A stretch of 64,000 bases of DNA, taken from Gracilinanus agilis (taxonomy: Eukaryota). Below the pieces are notes generated by a model. The model saw nothing but the letters and a program-made list of their open reading frames with translations, was not told the origin of the DNA and did no database searches. Position numbers and translations under genes: made by a program. Location: NCBI RefSeq assembly GCF_016433145.1, contig NC_058130.1, positions 493,838,617 to 493,902,616 of the forward strand, written 5' to 3'. Positions 13,393-25,722 of the stretch are shown in pieces. Every line of letters begins with the position of its first letter. The stretch's first letter is position 1.

Positions 13393-14949
13393 GTGTAGCC
13401 CAATATATGTCCCTTGTGATATCATCATCTAATCCCTCTCCTGGACATCCCAAGACATTTCTGATTGGTTAGTAGTCACAAAGAAGGTAGGCTTAAAGAC
13501 TCCAACTACTCCTTCATTTCTTCATCACAGGAAGAGGCAAGTCTTAGGAGGATGACAGAGTGTTCCTTTCCTTTTCACCATGTGGCTGGGTCACTTCCAA
13601 AATGGCAACTACAGCTAACTGACTTCCCTTACCTAAGAGAGTTCTTTTGTTTACAGATAAATAAGGAGCAGGTCTCTAGCCTGTCTGTAACAAAAGCCAG
13701 CCCAGTGAGATGCCCTGTGATCTGAGAGTAAATTACTTTAACTCAAAAGCTGACTGACCTTCTAAGCCTGAGGTTTAAGAAAGATTTTATGTGAAAATTA
13801 TTATAGTTCAATATTAATTTTCCACAATAGGATAGAATGATAGACTGTATCTCATAAGGTAAAATTTAGTAATGACAACTTCCATTTACATGGTACTTTA
13901 AGGTACTTTAAGGTCTACAAAGCATCTTCCACATAAAAACCTTGTTTTATAGGTCAATTATCTAAATGGGGAAACTGAGACCCAGAGAAGGAAGTAGCTT
14001 GTTCAAAGCCACATAACTAATAAAAGTGATGAAGCTGAAACCAGCTCTTCTAACTCCATATCTTTTGTAAAATGAAAGAATCCAAGCAGATGATCACTCA
14101 GGAAGAACTTTCCCAGGAAGAATTTTGGTATATCCCAATGAGTATTGGTGCTGGAGTAAGAGGACCTGGATTCAAAATCTGCCTCTCAACCATGCTAACC
14201 ATGTTTCTTTGTGCTAATCTTTTCATCTTTGTTGGTCTCTGTTTCCTCATTTGTAATAAGGATGGGTTAGCAGAGTTGGCTCCTCAGTTCTTCCAGGTCA
14301 AGATCTGTGATCTTAAGGTTTTCTGATTCTGATAATAGCTCAAGTCAAAGATTACAGGCTAAGGTGGAGAGGTGATGTCCTGTGGCAATAAGGAGGAGAG
14401 AAATTCTTAGCTAATCTTTACCCACCATCAAGTCTTCTCTTGAGGAGGAGATCAAGTTACTCTCATCTATACATGGGGAAAACCCACAAATGTAATGACT
14501 GGTTATGAAATTGACCATAATGTAAGAATTCAGGATTTAATTAATTTAATCCACTCAAGGCACTGAATTCCTTCATCCAAGGAAGCCCTACTTTGTGGAC
14601 TGGACCCTTTTCTGGTTCTCAATTTACCTATTGCTCATCGGAGCAAGTGACCTCGAATTCCAGAGTATAACTGCCAGGGTTTCTCTCTACCTCCTCCTGC
14701 CTTCCCAACCCTCATTGGCCTCAGCATAAACCAACCTGTCAACTGCACTGGACAATGGCAGCACCATTGCTGTCTCTCTCTTCTCCTCTTCCTTTTCCTG
14801 CCCCTTTCCATCCTCTTTCTCCTTCTCCCTCTCTCTATTGGCCTCTCCTTTTCCCTTTCTCTGACAGGCATAATTTCTAAAAAGCCACACACACACAAAC
14901 CTATAAGACTAAATGCTTCACCCCAACAGACAAGTGCTCAAAGGACATG

Positions 14950-15360
14950 AAATCTCAAAAAAGAAGAAATACTGTATAAACTATCAATAACCTGCTGAAA
15001 AAAATGTTCAAACTTATGGATACTCAGAGAAATGTAAATTAAAACAACTTGTGGGAACAGCACACACCCATTCGTTTTAGCTATGATGGGAAAACTCATC
15101 CTTGTGGTAGGACAGGAGGTTCAGGAAGAAAGACATGTTAATTCTTTGTTGGTGGAGATGTGGATTGCATCAACCATTCTAGAAAACAATTTGGAATTAC
15201 GTGAGAAATGTTACTAAATTGTTCATACTCTGAACCAGGGACACCACTGCTGGGACAATCACTTGAAGAAGTTACTGACAAGAAAAGAAATGTAAGTAAA
15301 CAAAATTCATAGCTGACAATCTGTGCTAACAAAAAGCTGAAGACAAAACATATACTCTAG
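14950..15360 (+). mobile_element. Old L1 ORF2 C-terminal fragment
   Basis: aaattaaaacaact... and tgttggtggagatgtggattgcatcaaccattctagaaaacaatttggaatta resemble the ORF2 Cys-rich domain. Confidence 0.6.
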
Positions 15361-16198
15361 AATTGGGAATTTATTATAATAATAACAATAATGAAAGCTA
15401 ACATTTATATAGTGTTTACTCTGTGCCAACCACTATTATTTCATTTGAGTCTCATCTGAGAAGTAGATGCTATTACTGTCCCTATTTTTAGATGAGAAAA
15501 CTGAGGCAAACAGAGGTTAAGTGACTTGCCCAGAGTCACATAGCTAATAAGTTTCAGAAGCCAGTTCTGAACTCAAGTCTTCCTTACTCCAAGTCTGGAC
15601 CTTTTGAGAAAACACAAAAGTACTTGTTTACACTGTGAAGGAATGGTTTTACAAAAAACAAAAAAAGATACCAAAGGTATTGTCATTGTCAAGCTTCTGC
15701 CTTGTGAATGTAGGACATGAAGAAATTCTGTTGTTTTGTGTACCTGCTGACGTGTTTATCTTGTTTTTTGAAAATAAACTTGGCCACAAGGGACTCATGA
15801 TGAAAATGCTGTCCATAGCCAATTGGAGTCTGATTGCAGATCAAAGCACACCATCTTCCACTTTATTTCCTACATGAATTTTTTTTATTGTATGTATGAT
15901 ATGTGTCTTCTTTCACAACATAAGCAATATGGAAATATGAATTGTATGAAAGCACTGGTATAACCTATATCAGGTTATTTACTACCCTGGGGAGGGGAAA
16001 AGGAGAGAAAAGGAGAAAATCTAAATCCTAAAATGTCAGAAAATAATGCTCAAAAATTGTTTCTCCATATCACTGAATAAAAAAGAAAAAGAAAGAAACT
16101 TGGGCTGAATTTAAAAAAGAAAAAAAAGAGTCCAGCCTTAGCTTGGAGACCTCCAGGAAGGGGCTATTACCTCCCAAAGCAACCATTTCCTCTTAGAT

Positions 16199-16390
16199 CA
16201 GTGATTCCCAAAGTGGGCGCCACTGCCCCCTGGTGGGTGCTGTAGAAATCCAGCAGAGTGGTGATGGCCACAGGTACATTTTGGGATGGTGAATAACTGT
16301 TAGGGGGCAGTGATAGTATGTGACAGGGGGCGCTAAGTAATATTTTTTCTGGAAAGGGAGCGGTAGGCCAAAAAAGTTTGGGAACTACTG
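16199..16390. mobile_element. hAT (Charlie-type) MITE, 192 bp
   Basis: Perfect 8-bp TSD TCTTAGAT at 16191-16198 and 16391-16398. TIRs CAGTGATTCCCAAA and TTTGGGAACTACTG match at 12 of 14. Confidence 0.92.
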
Positions 16391-17089
16391 TCTTAGATGG
16401 TTCTGACAGGACGTATTAATTTATCCAGCCTAAATTGGTCTCTTTGCAAACTTTCACCCATTGATCCAAGTTTGATTCTCTGTGACCAAGCAGGATAAGT
16501 CTAACCCTTTACCCCCCAATCACCTCTTCCAGTCCTTGAAGATAGTGATTATGTGAAATTCCTTCTTTTCCTATCTCCCTCCCCAAACTTCTCTTCCCTA
16601 TTTCCTTCGACTGATCCTCATATGGCAAAGAACTGTAAATAGATGAGTATGTGTTGATTAGGAAAGAGTTAAGTTGTGGTCCATCAGTGGAATGGAATAT
16701 ATTGTACTATGGATATGCAGAAGACATGGAAGCAGGGAAAACAGGTTATTAGAACCAGGAAAACGATATACTCAAAAATTACAGCAATGGAAATGGAAAG
16801 AAAAAGGAAACTGAATACTATATAATTGTAATAACCAAGCTCAGCCCCAGAGAAACTTAGTTATAAAATGTACCTTCCACCCTTGCAGAGGTGGGGACTG
16901 TTACATATGCTGTCAGACCATGGCTAATGGGCGATTGTTTGGTTTTATTGAACTTTTTTTTTCTTTCTCTCTTTTAAAATCTTTGTAAAAGGGGATGGCT
17001 GGAGAAGGGAGAAGAGTGGGACATATTCAGAAAATAAATTTGATGAGGCAACTAAAGCTATTAAAATAATTTTTAATTAAAAAAGTAAT

Positions 17090-18180
17090 TTCAAGAGGAA
17101 ATGGGCACCAATAACTGTGGTGATTAGAAAAGGCTTCGTGTGGAAGAAAACTCAAGAGAGAGATTATGAAAGAAGCCAGAGATTCTGGGAGGTCGGAGTG
17201 AAGAGGGGGGTGCAGAGGAGGATTTCTTATGTAAAGGCAATGAGGAAGGAGATGGAATATTGTATAAAGGGAACACTGTATGCAAATAGACCAGTTTGAC
17301 TAGAAAAGAGAGTGCAGGAAGGAGAATATGAAAAAATTGGAAAAATAAATGGGAAATAGATTGCACAGTAATTTAAAATTTCAGGTTGAACCATTTCCTT
17401 TTTTCCCCAGAAGTCATTTTAGATTTTTTGAGGGGGATGGAAATGTACTCAGACCTATGTTGAGAAATGTCAATTTGACCATGGTGTGGAGATTGGTGAG
17501 AGGCAAGAATCTGATGCAGGGAGACCAATTGGGGACAACTGCAATAATCTGGATGTGAGGTGATGAAGACCCAAACAAAGAGTCTATGCCAACACAGAGG
17601 AGGCAGATGTGAAAGATGTTGCAGCGTTGTAGAGATGGGACTGACAAAACTTGGCAACTGATTGGATGTGGATCAAATGATATAACCCTTAGAAAGAATT
17701 TTTTAAACCTGCAAAAAAATACACTGTGGAAATGCTAACTATTATTATGATGATGATGATATGAGAAGCTAGGAAGAGCTAAGAGACAAGGATAACTGTG
17801 AGATCCCAAACTTGGATGACTAGAAGAATTATGGTCCCATCAACAGAAATAGATGCAGGTCAGCTGGGATGAAGTGAATAAAGTCAAGAAGACTAATCTT
17901 TCCAGAATTCAAATTTGGCCTCAGACATTTACTAGCTGTGTGTCCTTAGGCAAGTCACTTAATCCTGTTTACCTTGGTTTCCTCAATTATAAAATGAGCT
18001 GGAGAAGGAAATGGCAAACCCTATCAGTATCTTTGCCAAGGAAATTCCAAATGGAGTCATGGAAATAGAGAAGTTTAGAGAAGAGAGATTTGGGGGAGAA
18101 ATATAGTGAGTTCTTTTGGGGACATGTTGGGTTTGAGATGCCTTTGGGACATGCTGGTGGACATGTAAATAAGGCAGCTC
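17090..18180 (-). mobile_element. L2 LINE fragment with a Mar1-type SINE inserted at ~17890-18065
   Basis: Purine-rich antisense L2 text (gaaagatgttgcag, ttggcaactgattggatgtg, gtttgagatgcctttgggacat). Confidence 0.7.
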
Positions 18181-19789
18181 AAACGATCACAGATTTAAAC
18201 TGATAAATAGCTTTAGAAGTGATTTAGTTCACCTCATCTTATTTTATAGATGAGAAAACTGAAGACTGCAGAGATGTTACCTTGCTCTAGTAAGTGTCCC
18301 AGGGAAGATTTGAATCCATATCCAGTACTCTTTAACAAGTTGAGGCTTTCCCTCCACCTCTCTCCCATTACCACCCCTACTATCTTTATATATTGGAAGT
18401 TTTTTCCTCCTCTTTTATGGAATTAGAGTTACTAGAATCCAAAGAGAAAACTCCCTAAGCCACTCCATTAAGTGCCTTTGATCCTTATTTGAAAGAGCAA
18501 TCCAAGGTTACTCTCCTAGAAAGAGACAATTTAGAGACATATTTCCCTGGGAAACAGTAATTATCTTATATACCTATCTAGTTTTAATTGCTTCTTGTTT
18601 TCTTTTGCTTTCACTCCTAAAATCAGGCAAGTGGGTCTTCCCCTGTCTCACCAATTATAGCTTTATTAATAAGTGTTCATCTGGACACAAGGGGCCCAGT
18701 GGCACCTGGGATTAAGATTCCCCTACATTCCCTTTGTCAGTTGAGTAGATTGGGTGGGAGTAATAGCAGAGAAAAATATTCTATTCCTAAACATCTCATC
18801 TTCTTCAACTGAAAAATTCCAAAATATAGATGTAGAGGGAGAGGAAATAGGGAATTCCTGGCCTCCCCACAGTCTCTACCCAGGAACCTTTGGAAGTCTG
18901 GGAGCCTTTCTAACACACATCAGAGATGTTGAGAATCTGGCATACTGTATCCCACCACCCCAGTCTGGATGTAGAGTTGAAGGAACACAGAAGTTCCTCT
19001 TTTCTCCAGCCAACTGTTCAGAGTATGTTTTTAAAAATAATATTCCACCCCTATTACATGTAAAAACAATTTTTAAAACTTTTTTAAAGTTCTGAGTTCC
19101 AAGTTCTCTCCCTTTTTTTGGCCCTCCCTCCTTCACCCCCTCTGAGACAGTAAGCAATCTGATATAGATTTTATATGTGTAATCATGTAAAAAAATTTTC
19201 TGTATTAGAGGAAAGAAGAAGAAGAAGAGGAAGGAGGAGGAGGAGGAAAAAAGAAAAGAAACAAAGAAAATGAAATATAATGTTTTAGACTCCATCAGTT
19301 CTTTCTTGGAGGACAGATGGCATTTTTCACCGTAATTCTCTGGAATTGTCTTGGATCACTGCATTGCTGAGAATAACTAGGTCATTCATAGATGTTCATC
19401 AAGAAATATCGCTATCTCTGTATACAATGTTCTTCTAGTTCTGCTCACTTCACTTTGCATCAGTTCACATACAGAGAATCTTTTACTAAATCTCCTGTGG
19501 ACAAAGTGGTGGGTGAAGAGTTTTCCTTAACCATTCCCTCCTGCAGATGCTGACTTACCACACAATTGTTTATTTGCCTTTGGTGCCAAACATGTAGAAA
19601 TGGATGGAGAAACTGCTCAAGTCTCCTTATTTTAAACTTCCCAGAACTTACACTTAACAAGCCTTCATTCAGATGGCTGTCCTGAGTGACTCTAATTTAA
19701 TGACTCTAATTCAGATACTCTTGAGATGCAAATGATAGCAATAAGTATGACAAAGTCTTTTCTTTCAAAGAGGTTACTTAATTTCCTAT

Positions 19790-20405
19790 ATAGGCTTAGG
19801 TAGATTTACCCTGAGACCAGTTCTGGCCCTGGTATTCCACAGGTAGAAAGCTTCTACCTTAGAAGGTAGTTGGTTCATTCTTAAACTTATTTATATTTTT
19901 GTTACCCCATGCCTATGACTTTTTTCTTTGTGCCTAGCCTCATGGTTCTCAGATACTTTGACCTGGGCACTGTGGGAAGGGAGTTTGTATTTTGATTTGA
20001 TCAATCAGAGATTTAGATTTACCTTCTATTTGTTTTGAATTTGGGTCAATCAGCAACCAGGGAATTGATCCCACAGCTACTGCCCCATGGGTGGTGCCAA
20101 GCTAATTGAGGAATTGTGATTGGTTCCTGGGGGGGGGTGATATAAAAGAGCTAGTGGGTGTAGTAAGGATTTATAAGATGAGACCCTGCAGGAAGTTGGT
20201 GGGGAGGATATTTTTTTGAGGCAGAGATTTGGAGACAGACACTGAGTTGTTAGGTTCTGGATTATTAGGCTAGGAAATTCTTCACCTCCTTTCTCTATTT
20301 CTCTCTTATTTTCTTTTTCTTACTAATAAATCTAGCTATTAACAGTCTTGTGACTTAAGGGTTAATTACAATTTTTGGCGACTACCCATTCTAACTATTA
20401 TAACA
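19790..20405 (+). mobile_element. Probable solo ERV LTR (5' boundary uncertain, possibly ~19496)
   Basis: U3-like CCAAT/CAAT boxes, TATAAAA at 20141-20147, AATAAA at 20325-20330, ends ...ttataaca. No TSD resolved. Confidence 0.6.
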
Positions 20406-20718
20406 CCTTATTCCTATAATACCTAGTCTATGAAATTTTAGGATTATGAATCATAAATTTAGAGTTGGATGGGATCTCAAGGATCAGCTAGTTCACTACC
20501 CTCATCCTCCAGGCACAGTGGCTAAAAAGCTGGTCTCAGACACTTAGTAGCTGTAGGACCCTGGAAAAGTCACAACCTCTGACTGCCTCATTTTCTTAAC
20601 TGTAAAATGGGAATAGTAATAGCACCTACACTCCAGAGCTGTTATGAGGATTAAATGAAGTAATATTTCTAAAGTCCAGTGCTTAGCACATAGTGGGTAC
20701 TTAACAAATGCTTTCTTA

Positions 20719-20915
20719 GGGGGCATTTGGGTGGCTCAGTGGATTGAGAGTCAGGTCTAGAGACGGGAGGTTCTAGGTTCTGACCTCAGACACTTCCTAG
20801 CTCTTGACCCTTGGCAAGTCACTTAACCCCCATTGCCTAGTCCTTACTGCTCTTCTGCCTTGGAACCAATACACAGTATTAATTCTAAGATGGAAGGTAA
20901 GGGTTTAAAAATTTT
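20719..20915 (+). mobile_element. SINE1_Mdo-type SINE
   Basis: Full-length match to the same family. Confidence 0.85.
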
Positions 20916-21409
20916 TTTTAAAAATACTTTATTAAAAAGAAATTTTTTCTTTATACATGAGGAAATAGAAAAGTGGCTTGTCCAAGGTTATGTAAGTAGA
21001 AAGAAATAAAGTCAATGCGTTCTTATTCCAAATCTAGTGCTCTTCCCACTGTACCACATTGCCTTTGTTCCCTAGTGCTTTACTTTGAGATTTCTGAGAT
21101 CCTAGAGACTCTGGACCTCCTTTCTGCTTGGATCTGTCATTTATCCCCTGCCTTAGTTGGACTCTTCAGGCTCTAGAGCTCATGCCTTCCTAGGCTTGTG
21201 TTTTATTCTCTCTCTCTCTCTAGGCCACTTTATCCTCTATATCCCTTGTCTGCTTAGATCCATAGCTCCTGCCTTTTCTTTCCTGCCCTCTTGGGACTTA
21301 ACCTCTAGCTTCCGTGACACACAATAGTGCCTGCCAATCATCTGTCCAGCTCCATTCTAGGTCCTGGGTCCCCTTGCCCACCCAACTTTGTTGATACCTA
21401 ATGCTGACA

Positions 21410-21830
21410 TGACGGACTTACACCTCTCTTTAGGTTTCTCTTTTTCCAGGCTAGACGGTCCTGGTTACTTTAACCATGTCTGTTTCTCAGATCCTTTACA
21501 ATTCTGGCCATCCTCTTAGATATACTCCAAATTTAAAATGAGGTGTCCAGTAATTGAACACCATACTCCCTATATGCTTTCGGACAGTGCAGAGTATAGT
21601 GGAACTTGTTATTTCTCTTAATGTGCACGATATACTTCTATTACATGCAGCCACATATCATATTTACTTAGGAAAAAAACCTCCTCCTCATCAAAAAAAA
21701 AGTCTCATCATAATTTTGGCTCATAGAGAACTTTTGGTCAACTAAAACCTGCAGGCCCTTTCCATATGTATTTCTGTTAAGTTATATCACCTTCATCTTG
21801 TACTTACATAAATACTTTTCTCAACCTAAA
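21410..21830 (-). mobile_element. L3/CR1 fragment
   Basis: ggtgtccagtaattgaacaccatactcc...cagtgcagagtatagtgga, typical antisense L3 sequence. Confidence 0.6.
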
Positions 21831-22761
21831 TGTAAAGCTCACCAAAACATTTCCTATGTGGGATGCTAAAGCCTGAGGTGGTCTTGTACGCATGAAGAGA
21901 CAGCTGGAGAATTGTTCTTTTCTCCTCATCATTTTCATTTCATTTAGTAGTCCAGAGTTGCCTCTATGTGTTCAGTTTGGGCTCTTTGTGGTGTTGTATA
22001 TCACCTAGGGTGTTTGTATTTCAACTTTAGCTGGACATTGGAAGCTTTGTCATTTCAGACCTATGTTTGTTCACTTGCTCTGTTCTGCTCACCACCCTCT
22101 TAGGGAACATTCTGTGAGAAAGCTCCCTATTTGAACTACAATGGATTTTTTCATCTTTTTCTTGCTTAAAGCAAGAGGGCATGGGGTCTAATTTATTAGT
22201 TCCTTAGGTGGCCAAGTATAAAGGAAAACAACTTTGGGAATACCTTTTGAAAAATGGGTACTTCTAATCATTGGTCCTATAGACAAATAGACCCAGACTA
22301 CTCACCCTTCCCCAACTCTGTAACTTTGAACATGTCATTCATTCCCCATGCCTAGAATAAATCACCTCATTCTCTTCCCATCCTTAACTTTTCATGGGCT
22401 AACTCAGATTCTCCCTCCTTGATAATCCTTCTCCCAACTCAAAGTGACCTCTTCTTCCTCAAATTTCTGATAGCCCTTTGTTCAAACTTCTCCCTAAATA
22501 TATTCTCCCCTTTTTCTAGTTATTCAAGTACACACTACAATTCCCCATTCAGGTCCCCAGTTAGATTGAAAACAGTTCTGTGTCTCATTCCATCATAAGT
22601 CATGGAACCAGGGGTAACAGAGGGAAAAATATACACCTGGTTCATTCCGTCCCTTCCAACCATCTGGAAGCTGTTGAGAAGGTAGAACTACTAGCTCATC
22701 TTCATCTGTCTCTTGGCCCAATCCCAGATCCCACATTGGCTAGTTTAAAAATGTAACTTTA

Positions 22762-23581
22762 GTTGGCTAATATGACAGCAAAGGAAAGTAATAATGTTGG
22801 AGGGGATGTGGCAAGATTGGGACACTAGTGCATTGCTGGAGGAGTTGTGAATTGTTCCAACCATTCTGGAAGGCAATTTGGAATTATGCCCAAAGGGCTT
22901 TAAAAGACTGTCTGCCTTTTGATCCAGCCATACTACTACTGGGTTTATACCCCAAAGAGATAATGGGGGGAAAGATTTGTGCAAAAATATTTATAGCTGC
23001 ACTCTTTGTAGTGGCAAAAAATTGGAAAATGAGGGGGTGCCTTTCAAATGGGGAATGGCTGAACAAATTGTGGTACATGCTGGTGATGGAATACTATTGT
23101 GCTCAAAGGAATAATGAACTGGAGGAATTCCATGTGAACTGGAATGCCCTACAGGAATTAATGCAGAGCTAAAGGAGCAGAACCAGGAGAACCTTATACA
23201 CAGAGACTGATATACTGTGGCACAATCGAATGTAATGGACTTCTCTACTAGCAGCAATGCAATGATCCAGGACAATTCTGAGGGACTTAAGAGAAAGAAA
23301 ACTAGCTACATTCAGAGGAAGAACTGTGGGAGCAGAAACACAGAAGAAAAACATTTGCTTTATCACATGGTTTGATGGGGCTATGATTGGGGATACTGAT
23401 TCTAAGCAATCACCCTAATGCAAATATCAATAATATGGAAATAGGTCTTGATCAATGATACGTGTAAAACCCAGTAGAATTACTTGTAGGCTATGGGAAG
23501 GGGGAGAGAGGAGGGAAGGGAAAGAAAACAAACCATATAACCATGGAAAATATTCTAAATCAATTAAATAAATAAAAATTT
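22762..23581 (+). mobile_element. 5'-truncated L1 (ORF2 C-terminus plus 3' UTR)
   Basis: ORF 22828-23172 (HCWRSCELFQPFWKAIW...). Degenerate TSD aaaatgtaacttta / aaaatgtagcttca at 22748-22761 and 23582-23595. Confidence 0.93.
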
Positions 23582-25486
23582 AAAATGTAGCTTCATTCAT
23601 TTTGATTGGCATATGGTTTGCAAACCCAAATGGAAGATTCCAGAATAGTCTTAAAGAAATCAGTAGAAAAGCACAAATTGTGCCTGCTACTGAGATATGA
23701 TCTCTCTTTTCTTCCAATGGCTTCTTCCATCTTCTCCTACTCCAGCTCTCTCCATCTCGCATAGCTTCTGAGTCTTTAAATCAAGGGCCATTGCTTTTTT
23801 TTGGTATGAGTTTCACTATAATGCAGGAGGTAGGGGGTGGCATGAAGAGTTGAAAAAAACCACAACCCTGAAACTAACTTGCCCCTTTAAAACTGATTTT
23901 CAGCCATGTAGAATAGAAACTGTGGTTTTAAGTGATTGAATGTTCTCTTGTTCAGGAGAGGAATGTTGGGCTCAGGGTGGGTTCTGAAGGAAAAATCCAG
24001 GGATTCTTATTGTTCTTATTGACAGCTCCCTGTCTTAAAGTGACAGACCAAAACTGATCCAAAGCTGGGTGGCTTAGTGCCAGTCATCAGGAGTTGTCAC
24101 AGAAGCCCCAGGACTTTCTGTACTCAAGGGAAATCTGCAGCCTCCATAAGAACTTTAAACAGATTCATTAAATGATCCTTCCTCCAAAGACTAATTGGAG
24201 GGAGAAATCAATCAGTGCTCTAGCTTAGAGCCGAGAGCTTATGGAAGCCTGTCTAGGCAAGACAAGGTCCCAGGTGATGTCTTAGTTTCCTTGGTAATCT
24301 TCAAGGAGATGTTCACCAGCTTTTTGCCCAGTATAGCTCAGAGGTTCTTACTAATCTTTGCTTTGGTAAATCAGACTTGCGGTTTTGCAGAGAACTTGAC
24401 ACCTGAATATCCCAACGCTTCAAATCAATGTCTTCTACTAAATCCCAAGATTTAACATCAGGGATTAGTAAATTGGTTAACCTTTCAATCAAAGTGGCTT
24501 GACTAGCCTGTGAATCCCCTTGAATACTGGCCCAGGTATGAGGGACATTGTTTGTGTGGGTCAGCATCTGCTCAGAACCAGAGCTCATGAGCCTCCACTG
24601 ATCTATTTCTTTTACCGGACAACTAGAAGACCCATTATTTCAAAGCAGAAGCGCCTTAATGGAAAAACCTAGCAAGATAAGTAATAAGAGATATTTCTTT
24701 ACTGGGGCAGTCCTGAAAGACTTAGGACAGGGAATGCTATCCAACTCCAGAGAAAGTAGTGTTGGAGTCGTCTTTCACATCAGTGTATTTATTTATGGTT
24801 TTATTTGGGGGTTTTGGTTATGTATGAGTGTGCTCTTAATAATGACCAATATGGAAGTGGGTTTTGCGTGACAATAAAATTTTTAAAAAAGAAAAGAAAA
24901 CTCCAATGGTACCAGATAAAGATTATATTAAAGCTAGTTGAATATTAACCTAAAAAAAAAAAAAGAAATACTTCTTTATACTCCTAGCACTACACATATA
25001 GCAGATAATTAATAAAGATAGATGAGCTTCTCAAAGGCAAACTAGATCTTCTTGTATTTTAATGTTTCTGTGATCTCATTGGTATAGATATAGGTCTCAG
25101 CCCACTGGCACTCTCTCATACTGAGTTATTCTTGCCCAACTTTTCCTAAGGCCTTTTCTCTCCCCTCTAGGGTCCACCTAGCACTCTGGAGGCCCTGCTC
25201 TGTATGGTTCTCTCAGTATTTTGTATTTACGAAGGCAGCACACCAACTGTATCCCTTGATCTTGCTGCATTACCAATCTACCTCCTCTTCCGATTATATA
25301 TGGCTTTTATAATGTCTTATGTCACTTATCATGGATAGTCATTGTTAGCAATATGCTGCAACCTTCTTAGAAGTCTCAAGTGCCTTTCATTCACCCTCTG
25401 AGTCTCCTAAAGTTTTGATTTTTCTGAGACCATGATATCCCATGATTTGTGGCTATAACCCCCCGATCAGAAAAACACCAGTATCA

Positions 25487-25674
25487 GGGGCAGCTGGGTA
25501 GCTCAGTGGATTGAGAGCCAGGCCTAGAGACGGGAGGTCCTAGGTTCAAATCTGGCCTCAGCCACTTCCCAGCTGTGTGACCCTGGGCAAGTCACTTGAC
25601 CCCCATTGCCTACCCTTACCACTCTTCTGCCTTGGAGCCAATACACAGTATTGACTCCAAGACGGAAGGTAAGG

Positions 25675-25719
<45 letters not shown>
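25487..25719 (+). mobile_element. Very young SINE1_Mdo-type tRNA-derived SINE
   Basis: Full length with CpGs retained, a pure poly(A) at 25680-25720, and an 18-bp TSD AGAAAAACACCAGTATCA at 25469-25486 and 25720-25737. Confidence 0.95.

Positions 25720-25722
<3 letters not shown>

Noticed and set aside
20371-20390. TGGCGAC after the LTR-like segment, resembling a tRNA-Arg primer-binding site
   Set aside because: Only 7 nt match and no internal ERV sequence follows. It is probably part of U5.
25487-25560. tRNA-like heads (gggcagctgggtagctcagtgg...ggttcaaat) in many copies
   Set aside because: These are A/B-box heads of tRNA-derived SINEs, not tRNA genes.
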